Origin: Candidatus Saccharimonadota bacterium
GTDB taxonomy: Bacteria; Patescibacteriota; Saccharimonadia; Saccharimonadales; JACDBH01
DNA: 64,000 nucleotides
Direction: 5' to 3'
Assembly (NCBI GenBank): GCA_013694995.1
Contig: JACDBH010000004.1
Location: 256,995 to 320,994 of the forward strand
Below the pieces are notes generated by a model. The model made no database searches. It saw only the letters and a program-made list of their open reading frames with translations, and was not told the origin of the DNA. Positions 18,374-29,230 of this stretch are shown here, one piece after another (position 1 is the stretch's first letter; every line of letters starts with the position of its first letter). Made by a program: the position numbers and the translations under genes.

Positions 18374-21300
18374 ATGGCGAAAGCAATTACCAAAAAAACC
18401 CTGCACGCGGGCAAGCGTGTGTACTTTACTAAATCCGATGATTTCCTGGACCTACCAAACTTGGTAGACCACCAGAATAAATCCTTTAAATGGTTTGTCG
18501 ATGAAGGCCTGGGCGAACTGCTTGCAGAGGTCAGCCCAATCGATGACTATACTGGCGCCAAGCTGTCTTTGCGTTTTAAAGATTATCATTTTGAAGATCC
18601 TAAAATAACTGAGACTGAAGCCAGGGAAAACAACGTCAGTTACGACGCGCCTCTTAAAGCTGTTGTAGAACTAACAAATAAAGTCACTGGTGAGATTAAA
18701 GAACAGGAAATTTACCTTGGCGATTACCCATGGATGACCGAGCGCGGAACTTTCGTTATTAATGGCGCAGAACGTGTCGTCGTTAGCCAACTTATTCGTT
18801 CTGCCGGCGTATTCTTTACGTCCGATGCCCACGGCGGTGCTTTCCAGTTCGGTGCAAAAGTTATTCCTGGCCGCGGAGCATGGCTGGAATTTGAAACTGC
18901 TAGCAACGGCGCACTGTATGTCAAAATCGACCGTAAGCGTAAAATTGCCGTAACTACCCTTTTAAAAGCACTAGGACTAACAGAAGCCCAGATTAAAGAC
19001 GCCTTTAAGCACGTGGACCAAGGCAAATTGAACTACATAGAAGCAACGATTGAAAAGGATCCTAGCAAAGGCTCATCCGAAGCTCTCATTGAGGTATATC
19101 GTCGCTTGCGTCCTGGAGATTTGGCAACTGTTGATAATGCTCGTTCATTACTCGAAAATATGTTCTATAACTATAAGCGTTTCGATTTTTCACGCGTAGG
19201 ACGATATAAAATCAATAAACGCCTGGATCTGGATATACCAAATACATCCGAAAACCGAGTTATGCGCCTCGAAGACCTTATCGCCATAATTGCTGAAATC
19301 ATCCGCCTGAATAATACCCAAGAACCAGCCGATGACATTGATTCGTTAGCTAATCGGCGCGTAAAGCTTGTCGGCGAGCTGGTCCAGCGTCAGTTCCGGA
19401 TTGGTCTTTTGCGTATGGAACGAAACGCTAAAGATCGCATGTCGATGAGCGAAATCGAGACAGTTAGCCCTGGGCAACTAATCAACGCCCGCCCTATTGT
19501 TGCGGCTGTACGTGAATTCTTTGCTTCTTCCCAACTAAGTCAATTCATGGACCAAATTAATCCTTTGAGCGAGCTTGCCCACAAGCGCCGGCTAAGTTCC
19601 ATGGGTCCCGGTGGTTTGTCTAGGGAACGTGCAGGGTTTGAGGTACGTGATGCCCACGCTACCCATTATGGACGCATCTGTCCGGTCGAGACACCGGAAG
19701 GCGCTAATATCGGATTGGTATTGAATCTTGCCAGCTATGCCCGTATTAATGATTATGGTTTTATCGAGACCCCGTATCGCAAGGTTGTGAATGCCGCAAC
19801 AGCAAAAGAAATTGCCGGTCATATAGCTAGTGTTGATTTGGAAGATGATAAGGGTAAAGTAATAGTCAAAGCCGGAAAAACCATAACCGAGGCCGATGCT
19901 AAAAAACTGGCAACAGTTAAAAAACAAGTTACATGGCCCGTCAAAGCCAAGGTTACCAAGGAAGTGATCTACCTAGACGCTGCCGAGGAAGAGCGTGTAA
20001 TTATCGCCAGTTCTGATAGTGAGACAGACGAGGACGGCCATTTCCTCAGCGACCGCGTCTCAGCCCGTAAGTATTTGCAGTCTAGTGAAGTCGATTCGAA
20101 CGATGTTACTTATATAGATGCGGCTCGCCGCCAAGTTATTGGATCTTCTGCTGGACTTATTCCGTTTATTGAAAAAAACTATGTTTACCGTTCACTTATG
20201 GGCAGTAACCAGCAGCGTCAAGCAGTACCTTTAATAAGCCCCGAAAGCCCCCTTGTCGGAACCGGCATGGAAGGAATTGCTGCCCGTAACACCGGCCAGC
20301 TGGTCGTAGCTGAAGCAGACGGCGAAGTAATCCGGGCTACTGGCGATGAAGTAATAGTCAAATATAAAAAAGGTACCGTTACATATATCCCACATCACTT
20401 TGTACGTAGCAACGAAGGCACCAGCATCAACCAAAAGGTTGTTGCCGTCACCGGTGAAAAAATTAAAAATGGCGATGTACTTATTGAGGGAATGTCGGTA
20501 AGGGACGGCGAATTGGCGCTTGGTAAAGACCTGCTGGTCGCATTTATGCCCTGGAGTGGTTACAATTTCGAGGATGCAATCATTATTTCGCGTCGTTTGG
20601 TAGAAAACGACACCTTAACCTCTGTTAATATAGTCGACTATATGACCGAAGTTCGCGAGACAAAACTGGGTCCAGAAATCGTTACCCGCGACATTCCTAA
20701 CGTCTCCGAGGACGCGTTGCGCCACCTAGATGAAGAAGGTATTGTCCGCATTGGTGCCGAAGTTCATCCAGGTGACATACTAGTTGGTAAGATAACCCCT
20801 AAAGGCGAACAAGAACTAAGTAGCGAAGAACGCCTGCTTAGGGCGATATTTGGCGAAAAAGCTAAGGAAGTTCGCGACACCTCCCAGCGAATGAGCAATG
20901 GCAAGCATGGCAAAGTCGTTGGCGTTAAAGTCTTTAGCCGAGCCAATGGCCACGAGCTTAAAGCCGGTGTCATTATGCAGATCCAGGTCTTTGTCGCCCA
21001 AATGCGTAAGATACAGGTTGGTGATAAGCTTGGTGGTCGCCACGGAAACAAAGGTGTTATTGCCCGTATTCTGCCCGCAGAAGACATGCCGTTTACAGAA
21101 GATGGTACGCCTATGGACATCGTTCTGAACCCACTAGGCATACCTTCTCGTATGAATATTGGCCAGCTATTCGAAACCCATCTTGGTATGGCCGCTCGAG
21201 CACTTGGCATAAAAGTTGCAAGCCCATCGTTCAATGGCGTATCTATCGAAAAGATTCAAGATTTACTTAATGATGCCGGCCTACCACGCGATGGTAAGCA

Positions 21301-21946
21301 GCAGTTATTTGATGGTCGTACTGGTGAGGCGTTCAAAGAGCGTACCACTGTTGGCTCGATGTATATGATCAAATTGAACCACATGGTGACTGATAAGATT
21401 CATGCCCGTTCAACCGGTCCTTACACCATGGTTACTCAGCAGCCCCTTGGCGGCAAAGCCCAGAATGGTGGCCAGCGTTTTGGAGAAATGGAAGTCTGGG
21501 CGCTGGAAGCATATGGCGCCAGCCACACATTGCAAGAAATGCTGACAATTAAGTCCGATGATGTTTACGGCCGCTCGAAAGCCTACGAATCCATCATCAA
21601 GGGCACCGAAATCGTCGGTCCAAAAGTTCCAGAAAGCTTCAACGTTCTAGTAAAAGAACTTCAAGGTCTTGGACTTAAGGTAGATTTGCTTGATTTGTCT
21701 GCCAATAAACTGATTGACGCTGAGGAAGTACTAGCAGGCAACATTAAAGACGAAGCCGCACATATTGCTGATATAGACACATTACCGGAAGAAGTAACTA
21801 GTATTGATGTTACCGAAGAAGCTATAGAGAATGAGTTTATGACGGTTAGCGTCAGCGATGAATTACTTGATAACGACGAACCAGTGACAGTACCAACCGA
21901 TATGGATGATATTGAACAAGAAGTAACCGTAGAGGAGGCAAATTAA
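18374..21946 (+). CDS. rpoB: DNA-directed RNA polymerase subunit beta, with ~82-aa acidic C-terminal tail
   Basis: 1190 aa. Conserved beta motifs (GRHGNKGV, NPLGIPSRMNIGQ, GGQRFGEMEVWALEAYGA). Confidence 0.97.
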   Translation: MAKAITKKTLHAGKRVYFTKSDDFLDLPNLVDHQNKSFKWFVDEGLGELLAEVSPIDDYTGAKLSLRFKDYHFEDPKITETEARENNVSYDAPLKAVVELTNKVTGEIKEQEIYLGDYPWMTERGTFVINGAERVVVSQLIRSAGVFFTSDAHGGAFQFGAKVIPGRGAWLEFETASNGALYVKIDRKRKIAVTTLLKALGLTEAQIKDAFKHVDQGKLNYIEATIEKDPSKGSSEALIEVYRRLRPGDLATVDNARSLLENMFYNYKRFDFSRVGRYKINKRLDLDIPNTSENRVMRLEDLIAIIAEIIRLNNTQEPADDIDSLANRRVKLVGELVQRQFRIGLLRMERNAKDRMSMSEIETVSPGQLINARPIVAAVREFFASSQLSQFMDQINPLSELAHKRRLSSMGPGGLSRERAGFEVRDAHATHYGRICPVETPEGANIGLVLNLASYARINDYGFIETPYRKVVNAATAKEIAGHIASVDLEDDKGKVIVKAGKTITEADAKKLATVKKQVTWPVKAKVTKEVIYLDAAEEERVIIASSDSETDEDGHFLSDRVSARKYLQSSEVDSNDVTYIDAARRQVIGSSAGLIPFIEKNYVYRSLMGSNQQRQAVPLISPESPLVGTGMEGIAARNTGQLVVAEADGEVIRATGDEVIVKYKKGTVTYIPHHFVRSNEGTSINQKVVAVTGEKIKNGDVLIEGMSVRDGELALGKDLLVAFMPWSGYNFEDAIIISRRLVENDTLTSVNIVDYMTEVRETKLGPEIVTRDIPNVSEDALRHLDEEGIVRIGAEVHPGDILVGKITPKGEQELSSEERLLRAIFGEKAKEVRDTSQRMSNGKHGKVVGVKVFSRANGHELKAGVIMQIQVFVAQMRKIQVGDKLGGRHGNKGVIARILPAEDMPFTEDGTPMDIVLNPLGIPSRMNIGQLFETHLGMAARALGIKVASPSFNGVSIEKIQDLLNDAGLPRDGKQQLFDGRTGEAFKERTTVGSMYMIKLNHMVTDKIHARSTGPYTMVTQQPLGGKAQNGGQRFGEMEVWALEAYGASHTLQEMLTIKSDDVYGRSKAYESIIKGTEIVGPKVPESFNVLVKELQGLGLKVDLLDLSANKLIDAEEVLAGNIKDEAAHIADIDTLPEEVTSIDVTEEAIENEFMTVSVSDELLDNDEPVTVPTDMDDIEQEVTVEEAN

Positions 21947-21947
21947 T

Positions 21948-24900
21948 ATGCGTAAATTCAACTATGGTACCAATATCGCTGATTTTGACGCAGTCCGTCT
22001 TGCTGTTGCCAGCCCGGACGATATATTAGATTGGAGTTATGGTGAAGTTACCAAGCCTGAAACAATTAACTACCGTACCCAAAAGCCTGAACGCGATGGA
22101 TTGTTCTGCGAGCGTATTTTCGGACCGGTCAAAGATATAAATCCACACGACGCCAAATATAAAGGGTTGCGCTCGCGTGAAGCAGCCGTAGATAAGAATG
22201 GCGAACTGGTTACCCGCTCAATTGTTCGCCGAGAACGTATGGGACATATTTCACTCGCTAGTCCAGTTGCCCATATATGGTTTCTGAGGGGAACGCCGTC
22301 AGCCATAGGCTTACTTATAGGCATGACAGTTAAAAACCTAGAACGAGTTGCATATTTTGCTAATTATATCGTCAAATCCGTAAACATAGACAAGCGTGAT
22401 GCAATGCTGGCTGATAAAGAAGCTGAGTTTGCGGCTGCCCAGGAAGCTATAAAAACTCGTTACGAAACCGAAGCTGCCCTGGAAAATGCTAATATTAAAG
22501 CTTTGGCCGAGATGCAGACTAAAGAAATCGAAGAAATCAGCAAGGACTTTGAGTTCCTAAAAGAACAGCTTACAAATCTCGAAAGACTGCGCTTGCTATC
22601 TGAAACTGAATATCGCGAGCTGCCAGACGAAGTTCAAAGCATAATTACCGTTGGTATGGGTGGAACTGCACTCAAGGCACTACTTGAAGAGATTGATCTT
22701 AAAGAATTAATTAACAGTTTGACTATAGAGGCCGAAGCCGCCAAAGGCCAGCGTCGAAAAAAAATAATGAAGCGCCTAAGGCTGCTTGAAAATATGTATA
22801 ACGCTGGTATTAAGCCAAGCAGCATGTGTGTGACCGTACTTCCGGTAATTCCTCCCGATCTTCGCCCTATGGTCCAGTTAACCGGCGGCCGGTTTGCCAC
22901 GTCGGACATGAATGACCTTTATCGACGCGTCATCAACCGTAACAATCGCCTCAAGAAGTTGATTGAATTAAATGCCCCGGAAGTTATTCGCCGAAATGAA
23001 CAGCGTATGCTTCAGGAAGCAGTTGATGCATTAATTGACAACAATAATGCCCGCTCAGGTCGCGCCGTGGCTGCCACTGGGCAACGCCGACGTTTGAAGT
23101 CTCTCAGTGACCTACTGAAGGGAAAGCAAGGTCGTTTTCGCCAAAACTTGCTCGGTAAGCGTGTTGACTATTCCGGCCGATCAGTAATAGTTGCCGGCCC
23201 GGAACTTAAAATTAGCCAGTGCGGCTTACCTAAAATGATGGCACTTGAACTCTTCAAGCCATTTGTTATCGGACGCCTAATTGCCGAGGGTTACGCCCAC
23301 AATATCCGCTCTGCGACGCGCATGATCGAGACCGGTGAAACTGAAGTATGGGACGCATTAGACGAAGCCATCAAGGGCAAATATGTGCTATTAAACCGTG
23401 CACCATCACTACATAGGCTTAGTATCCAGTCATTTATGCCAGTATTAATAGAGGGACGGGCTATACAGCTACACCCACTAGTCTGCAAAGGCTTCAACGC
23501 TGACTTTGACGGCGACCAAATGGCTGTTCATTTGCCGCTTTCTGACGCTGCCCAAGCCGAAGCCCGTGACATTATGGCCGCCAACAAAAACTTACTAAAA
23601 CCTGCCGATGGTTCTCCAATCCTACATATCGAACAAGATATCGTGCTTGGTTGCTACTACCTGACCTATATTCGACCAGGAGCTATTAAAAAAATAAAAT
23701 CGTTTGCTAGCTTAGAAGAAGCCCTGATGGGCTTTGATAACGGTACGATAGAACTACAGAACAATGTTAGGTTAAATTTCCGTGGTGAAATTCGTGAAAC
23801 TACCCTTGGGCGAATACTATTCAACGAAATTTTCCCAGATGATTTTCCATTCCAAGATGAAGCAATGACTAAGAAGAAGTTATCGGCAGTCATGGCTCAA
23901 GTCTATAGTTTGTATGGCCAAGACCGCACGGCTGAGATTGCTGATGATTTGAAAGATTTAGGTTTTGAATATGCAACCATGTCCGGTCTTTCAATGGGCA
24001 TGGATGACTTTGCTGAAATTAAAGGCATGGACAAAATTATCGGCCAAGCAGGCCACCGCGTAACTGAAATTAGTGAACAATATGAGCAAGGCTTCATTAC
24101 AGACGAAGAGCGTTACCGCTTGACCGTCGAAACTTGGATGACAGCGGATAGCAATGTCCAAAGCACGCTTTCCGAGCAATTTGCAACAGAGGACAGCGCT
24201 ATGGCAATCGCCGCTACTTCTGGCGCTCGGGGTAATATTGGCCAGGTTAAAAACACCGTTGGTTTGCTTGGTGTTACTACCGATGCAACCGGAAAAGCTA
24301 TCGAGCTACCTATTAAATCAGGCTACAAAAAGGGATTAACGGCACTTGAATACTTTACAGCCACCCGTGGCGCACGCAAAGGTATGATCGATACGGCGCT
24401 AAAGACCGCTGACTCTGGCTACTTAACCCGCCGGCTTGTTGATGTTGCCCAAGACGTCTTCACAATCGAAGAAGATGTCGAAGATCCAGGTTTTGCTATC
24501 TATCGTGCTGATGCCGAAGAAATCGGCGTTGCTTACGCTTCCCGTTTGGAGGGACGTTTTGCCGCCGAAAAAATTGGTTTGTATGTAAAAAAAGGTGGAT
24601 TAATTGACAAAAAAGCAGCTGAAGCAATTGAAGCTGATGCGGACCTAGACGGCGTTAGAATCAAAAGCGTTCTAAGTGTTGCTACCGCCCGCGGAATTCC
24701 TGCCAAGTGCTATGGTATTGATCCTGCAACTGGCATGTTGGTAGCTAAAGCTCACCCAATCGGTGTCATTGCGGCTCAAAGTATTGGCGAACCTGGCACA
24801 CAACTGACGTTGCGTACGTTCCACGGTGGTGGTTCTGCTGCGGCTGAAGATATTACTCAAGGTCTGCCTCGCGTTGAAGAAATTTTTGAAGTCCGTACAC

Positions 24901-25766
24901 CTAAAGGACAAGCTTATTTAAGTGATGTGCCTGGTCTTGCAAGTGTATGGGAAGAGGGCGATAAATACATTGTCCAGATTACAAGCGACCAAATAGACTC
25001 GTTAAAACTTCCGCTTGATGGACGCAAAAAGAAAGTTCAAACTGGTAGTGACATTGCTATCGGTGATGTGATTGCAGAGGGTGATGATGGCAGTAATCCG
25101 TTAATTGCACCTATGGCGGGCAAGGTTGAATTTAGTGACAAAATAGCTAATATCAGCCCAGCCAAGCAAGCTGTTGTGCGCTACGAAATACCTGGATTCA
25201 AGCAAGTCGTAGTACAAGATGGTGACCATGTAATTGCTGGACAGCGAATAACGAATGGTTCAATCAACCTACATGAGCTAATGCGCTTGCAGGGTGTTGA
25301 GGCGACACAGCGCTATATCATGAACGAAATTCTTAAGATTTTTGCATCCCAGGGTCAGAATATCGCTGATAAGCATCTTGAAATAATTGTCCGTCAGATG
25401 TTTGGTCGCGTTCAAATTGAGGAATCGGGAGACTCGGAATTCGTAACGGGTGACGTGATAAGTAAGCAGTCGGTCATTGAAATGAACGACAAGCTAGTAA
25501 AGGCCAAAAAACACCCAGTCAAATATAATCAGCTTCTACTTGGGATTACCAAAGCTAGCTTAAGCACTGATTCCTTCTTGTCGGCTGCAAGTTTTCAGGA
25601 TACTACCCGTGTGCTTATAGCGGCTGCTACTAGTGGTAAGGTTGACTATCTGTACGGCCTAAAGGAAAACGTAATCTTAGGCCGTCGCATACCTGTCGGA
25701 ACTGGTGCACGAGAACTTATGGCGCAAGAAGCCGAAGATGCTCTCGACCGTGCCGCCATTGCGTAA
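21948..25766 (+). CDS. rpoC: DNA-directed RNA polymerase subunit beta'
   Basis: 1272 aa. Catalytic NADFDGDQMAVH, with bridge-helix and trigger-loop regions. Starts 1 nt after the rpoB stop. Confidence 0.97.
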   Translation: MRKFNYGTNIADFDAVRLAVASPDDILDWSYGEVTKPETINYRTQKPERDGLFCERIFGPVKDINPHDAKYKGLRSREAAVDKNGELVTRSIVRRERMGHISLASPVAHIWFLRGTPSAIGLLIGMTVKNLERVAYFANYIVKSVNIDKRDAMLADKEAEFAAAQEAIKTRYETEAALENANIKALAEMQTKEIEEISKDFEFLKEQLTNLERLRLLSETEYRELPDEVQSIITVGMGGTALKALLEEIDLKELINSLTIEAEAAKGQRRKKIMKRLRLLENMYNAGIKPSSMCVTVLPVIPPDLRPMVQLTGGRFATSDMNDLYRRVINRNNRLKKLIELNAPEVIRRNEQRMLQEAVDALIDNNNARSGRAVAATGQRRRLKSLSDLLKGKQGRFRQNLLGKRVDYSGRSVIVAGPELKISQCGLPKMMALELFKPFVIGRLIAEGYAHNIRSATRMIETGETEVWDALDEAIKGKYVLLNRAPSLHRLSIQSFMPVLIEGRAIQLHPLVCKGFNADFDGDQMAVHLPLSDAAQAEARDIMAANKNLLKPADGSPILHIEQDIVLGCYYLTYIRPGAIKKIKSFASLEEALMGFDNGTIELQNNVRLNFRGEIRETTLGRILFNEIFPDDFPFQDEAMTKKKLSAVMAQVYSLYGQDRTAEIADDLKDLGFEYATMSGLSMGMDDFAEIKGMDKIIGQAGHRVTEISEQYEQGFITDEERYRLTVETWMTADSNVQSTLSEQFATEDSAMAIAATSGARGNIGQVKNTVGLLGVTTDATGKAIELPIKSGYKKGLTALEYFTATRGARKGMIDTALKTADSGYLTRRLVDVAQDVFTIEEDVEDPGFAIYRADAEEIGVAYASRLEGRFAAEKIGLYVKKGGLIDKKAAEAIEADADLDGVRIKSVLSVATARGIPAKCYGIDPATGMLVAKAHPIGVIAAQSIGEPGTQLTLRTFHGGGSAAAEDITQGLPRVEEIFEVRTPKGQAYLSDVPGLASVWEEGDKYIVQITSDQIDSLKLPLDGRKKKVQTGSDIAIGDVIAEGDDGSNPLIAPMAGKVEFSDKIANISPAKQAVVRYEIPGFKQVVVQDGDHVIAGQRITNGSINLHELMRLQGVEATQRYIMNEILKIFASQGQNIADKHLEIIVRQMFGRVQIEESGDSEFVTGDVISKQSVIEMNDKLVKAKKHPVKYNQLLLGITKASLSTDSFLSAASFQDTTRVLIAAATSGKVDYLYGLKENVILGRRIPVGTGARELMAQEAEDALDRAAIA

Positions 25767-25924
25767 CCACAATCAATCTGTTAAAATACATTGAAGAGTT
25801 TCACTAATTTAGCAATCTTGGGCAGGTGAACACTTTTTGAGTAATTAGGTTCGTGCTGAACTTATGTTCTAAAAGTTATCGCCTGTATCCTCGACAACAA
25901 ATTCATTTTTTAGGAGAATTTACA

Positions 25925-26338
25925 TTGCCTACAATTAACCAACTGGTTCGTAAGCCGCGCACGAGCTCAAAAGCTAAAAGCAAAAGCCCAGCACTGCATC
26001 GCGTCACCAACAATCTTCATACCAAATCATACGAGAAACCATCGCCTTTTAAGCGTGGTGTCTGTATTAAAGTAACAACCAAGACACCAAAAAAGCCGAA
26101 CTCGGCTCTACGTAAAGTTGCTCGTGTTCGTTTGAATAACGGCTACGAAGTCTGGGCTTACATTGGCGGCGAAGGCCATAACCTACAAGAGCATGCAGTT
26201 GTTCTGATTCGTGGTGGCCGGGTACCTGACCTTCCTGGCGTCCGTTACCACATTGTTCGCGGCAGCCTTGACCTCCAGGGCGTTGCCAATCGCAAACGCA
26301 GCCGTTCCAAGTACGGCGCCAAGAAGGGTAGTAAGTAA
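25925..26338 (+). CDS. rpsL: 30S ribosomal protein S12 (uS12)
   Basis: (M)[11 protein letters not shown]... with a TTG start at 25925 preceded by TTAGGAGAA. The tracked 25853 start adds a non-homologous extension. Confidence 0.93.
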   Translation: MPTINQLVRKPRTSSKAKSKSPALHRVTNNLHTKSYEKPSPFKRGVCIKVTTKTPKKPNSALRKVARVRLNNGYEVWAYIGGEGHNLQEHAVVLIRGGRVPDLPGVRYHIVRGSLDLQGVANRKRSRSKYGAKKGSK

Positions 26339-26339
26339 T

Positions 26340-26816
26340 ATGCCACGCAAGGTAACCAAAGCACTGGTACGCGAAGCGGCACCAGACCGCGTCTATAACA
26401 ACCAGCAAGTCACCCGCCTTATTAACCGCATTATGCGAGACGGCAAGAAGCAGACAGCTGAGAGACTTGTCTATAGCGGCATGGAAAAAGCCGCTAAAAA
26501 GGTTAAAAATGAAAATCCACTGGAAGTTTTTGAAAAAGCCATGGGCAATATCCGTCCTCACATGGAAACCCGTTCCCGACGCGTCGGCGGTGCTAATTAC
26601 CAAATTCCTTTTGAGGTAAAGGGCCAGCGCCAGCATCATTTAACTACTATGTGGTTTGTATCTGCCGCTCGTTCCCGTAAAGGCATGAGCATGGAAGATC
26701 GAATCGCAGTCGAGCTTGTCGATGCTTTCAACAATACTGGCACGGCAGTCAAAAAACGCGAAGATGTTCATAAAATGGCTGATAGTAACCGAGCCTTTGC
26801 TCACTTTGCGAGATAG
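26340..26816 (+). CDS. rpsG: 30S ribosomal protein S7 (uS7)
   Basis: MPRKVTKALVREAAPDRVYNN... begins 1 nt after the rpsL stop. The tracked 26211 start overlaps rpsL. Confidence 0.95.
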   Translation: MPRKVTKALVREAAPDRVYNNQQVTRLINRIMRDGKKQTAERLVYSGMEKAAKKVKNENPLEVFEKAMGNIRPHMETRSRRVGGANYQIPFEVKGQRQHHLTTMWFVSAARSRKGMSMEDRIAVELVDAFNNTGTAVKKREDVHKMADSNRAFAHFAR

Positions 26817-26818
26817 AT

Positions 26819-27103
26819 TTGAACGAAGCTTTTAAATTAGTTCAAAATAGGACTGATGCTCAAGAATTAGTAGATATTTTCGCACCAGAGAATTGCAAAA
26901 ACTGCGAAGGGCTTGAAGCTCAGGCAGAAGTAGTTGGAAACGAAAAAGTGCAGTGGCATCTTATCAACGACATAACAGATGTTTTACATTCTAATTCTTC
27001 CTCACAGAAATTAAGATATTTAGTTAGGAGTATTCGGGATGCGAAAACCTCATGTCCAGGTAAAACGCCTAATGGAATGTGCCGATTAGACGTAGGTAAA
27101 TAA
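26819..27103 (+). CDS. hypothetical small CxxC protein (94 aa) inserted between rpsG and fusA
   Basis: TTG start 2 nt after the rpsG stop. The ORF fills an otherwise unexplained 326-nt rpsG-fusA gap. Four Cys residues (C26, C29, C79, C88). Resembles ORF 31713..32003. Confidence 0.5.
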   Translation: MNEAFKLVQNRTDAQELVDIFAPENCKNCEGLEAQAEVVGNEKVQWHLINDITDVLHSNSSSQKLRYLVRSIRDAKTSCPGKTPNGMCRLDVGK

Positions 27104-27142
27104 CCTTAAGATTATTAAAATATTGATTGGACGACAGATAAT

Positions 27143-29230
27143 ATGGTAGCTAAGAAAACAGCAATGAAAGACATACGCAACATGGGCATTATTGCTCATA
27201 TTGATGCCGGTAAAACTACTACTACTGAAGGCATACTGTACCGTACTGGCCTAAAGCACAAAATCGGTGCGGTACACGACGGTGAGACCACTACTGACTG
27301 GATGGCTCAAGAACGAGAGCGAGGTATCACAATCGTATCGGCCGCTGTCACTTGTTACTGGAAAGACCATCAGATTAATATCATCGATACTCCAGGTCAT
27401 ATTGACTTCACAGTCGAGGTAGAACGTAGTTTGCGAGTGCTTGACGGTGCCTGTGTAGTGTTTGATGGCAAAATGGGTGTAGAATCACAGTCTGAGACTG
27501 TATGGCGTCAGGCTACAAAATACGGCGTACCTCGTATATGCTTTATCAATAAAATAAACCAGACAGGTGGGGATTTCTATAAATCGCTAGACTCCATTCA
27601 TAACCGTCTTACTAAGCGTGCCTTTCCTGTTCACCTGCCCATAGGTTTTGAGCAAGGGATTAATGGTGTAGTCGATTTGGTATCGATGAAATCGTACACC
27701 TATAAAGAATTTACTGATAAAGAGCTTGTTGTGGGAGAAATTCCAGAAGATATGATGGATCAAGTCAAGAAATATCGCAGCTTACTCATCGAAAATGCTG
27801 TCGCAGAAGACGAAGCCGTCTTAGAAAAATACTTTGAAGTGGGCGAAGAAGGCTTAACTGAAGCCGATATAAAGCAAGCTATCCGTACTGCAGTGTTAGG
27901 CGGACAGTTTTATGTAGTAACCGGTGGTGACGGTCGGGGTGTGATAGTCGAAAAACTACTAGATATGTTTGTCGATTATCTGCCTAACCCTCTTGACCGT
28001 GGCTCTACTTGGGGAACGCACCCTAAAACTGGTGACGAAATAGAGCGTAAGCCAGATGAATCAGAGCATCTTGCCGGACTTGCTTTCAAAATTACTACCG
28101 ATCCATTCGTAGGCAAATTAGCATATTTCCGCGTTTATTCCGGCAAGCTAAGTGCAGGCTCATACATCCTTAATAGCTCAACCGGTGAAAAAGAACGTAT
28201 CGGCCGTATTGTCCGTATGCAGGCTGATAAGCGGGAAGATGTTACCGAGGTAACAGCAGGTGACATTGCGGCTATCGTTGGGCTCAAAGGAACGACCACA
28301 GGACATACTTTAAGCGATCTGAATAATCCAATAGTACTCGAAAGCATTACTTTCCCTGAGCCTCCAGTTAGTATCGCTATTGAGCCCAAGACCAAAGGCG
28401 ACCAGGAAAAAATGGGTATCGCCATGCAGCGCCTGGCTGAAGAAGATCCGACTTTCCGTATAAAAGTTGACGATGAAACAAATCAAACAATTATTTCGGG
28501 TATGGGCGAGCTTCACCTAGAAATTATCGTTGATAGAATGAAACGTGAATTTGACGTAGAAGCCAATATCGGTGCACCACAAGTTGCATATAAGGAAACC
28601 ATACGTAAGGACGGCGTGGAAGCCCAGGGTAAATTCATTCGTCAGTCTGGTGGCCGTGGACAATATGGCGACGCTTGGTTGCGTATCAGCCAGAACGAAC
28701 AAGGCAAGGGTTTTGAGTTTATCAATTCTATCAAGGGCGGAGTAATACCGGGTGAATACATTAAACCAGTCGAAGAAGGCGTAAAAGAAGCCATGACTAC
28801 TGGTGTTGTTGCAGGCTATCCTGTAGTTGACGTTAAGGTAGAGCTATATGATGGTAGCTATCATGATGTTGACTCCTCGGAGATGGCCTTTAAGATTGCT
28901 GGCTCGATGGGATTCCAAGAAGCCATGAAAAAGGCTAGCCCTGTGCTCCTAGAACCTATTATGAAAGTCGTTGTTGTGACTCCTGAGGAATTCATGGGTG
29001 ACGTTATTGGCGATCTCAATAGCAAGCGTGCTCGCATCGAATCCATGGAAGATTTAAGCTCAGGTATAAAGGAAATAACTGCTTTCGTACCATTGGGTGA
29101 AATGTTTGGCTACACCACTGCCTTACGTAGCTCCACTAAAGGTCGGGCAAGTTCAAGTATGGAACTCGATCACTACGCCGACGTACCTAATCATGTGGCT
29201 GATGCCATAGCATCAAAAAGAGCTAAATAA
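27143..29230 (+). CDS. fusA: elongation factor G
   Basis: G-domain motifs AHIDAGKTT, DTPGH, NKID(INKIN) and EF-G domains II-V. 695 aa. Confidence 0.96.
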   Translation: MVAKKTAMKDIRNMGIIAHIDAGKTTTTEGILYRTGLKHKIGAVHDGETTTDWMAQERERGITIVSAAVTCYWKDHQINIIDTPGHIDFTVEVERSLRVLDGACVVFDGKMGVESQSETVWRQATKYGVPRICFINKINQTGGDFYKSLDSIHNRLTKRAFPVHLPIGFEQGINGVVDLVSMKSYTYKEFTDKELVVGEIPEDMMDQVKKYRSLLIENAVAEDEAVLEKYFEVGEEGLTEADIKQAIRTAVLGGQFYVVTGGDGRGVIVEKLLDMFVDYLPNPLDRGSTWGTHPKTGDEIERKPDESEHLAGLAFKITTDPFVGKLAYFRVYSGKLSAGSYILNSSTGEKERIGRIVRMQADKREDVTEVTAGDIAAIVGLKGTTTGHTLSDLNNPIVLESITFPEPPVSIAIEPKTKGDQEKMGIAMQRLAEEDPTFRIKVDDETNQTIISGMGELHLEIIVDRMKREFDVEANIGAPQVAYKETIRKDGVEAQGKFIRQSGGRGQYGDAWLRISQNEQGKGFEFINSIKGGVIPGEYIKPVEEGVKEAMTTGVVAGYPVVDVKVELYDGSYHDVDSSEMAFKIAGSMGFQEAMKKASPVLLEPIMKVVVVTPEEFMGDVIGDLNSKRARIESMEDLSSGIKEITAFVPLGEMFGYTTALRSSTKGRASSSMELDHYADVPNHVADAIASKRAK

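Noticed and set aside
26211-26339. Long N-terminal extensions in track ORFs for rpsG (26211), rpsL (25853), rplC (32676), rpsC (35816), rpsE (40282), rpsK (43919), clpP (17531) and rpmG (53666)
   Set aside because: The extensions overlap the preceding gene or add non-homologous residues. Conserved N-termini begin at internal start codons just after the upstream stop.
26067-26639. 190-aa minus-strand ORF
   Set aside because: It is entirely antisense to rpsL/rpsG, which have unambiguous homology. This is a shadow ORF of a codon-biased gene.
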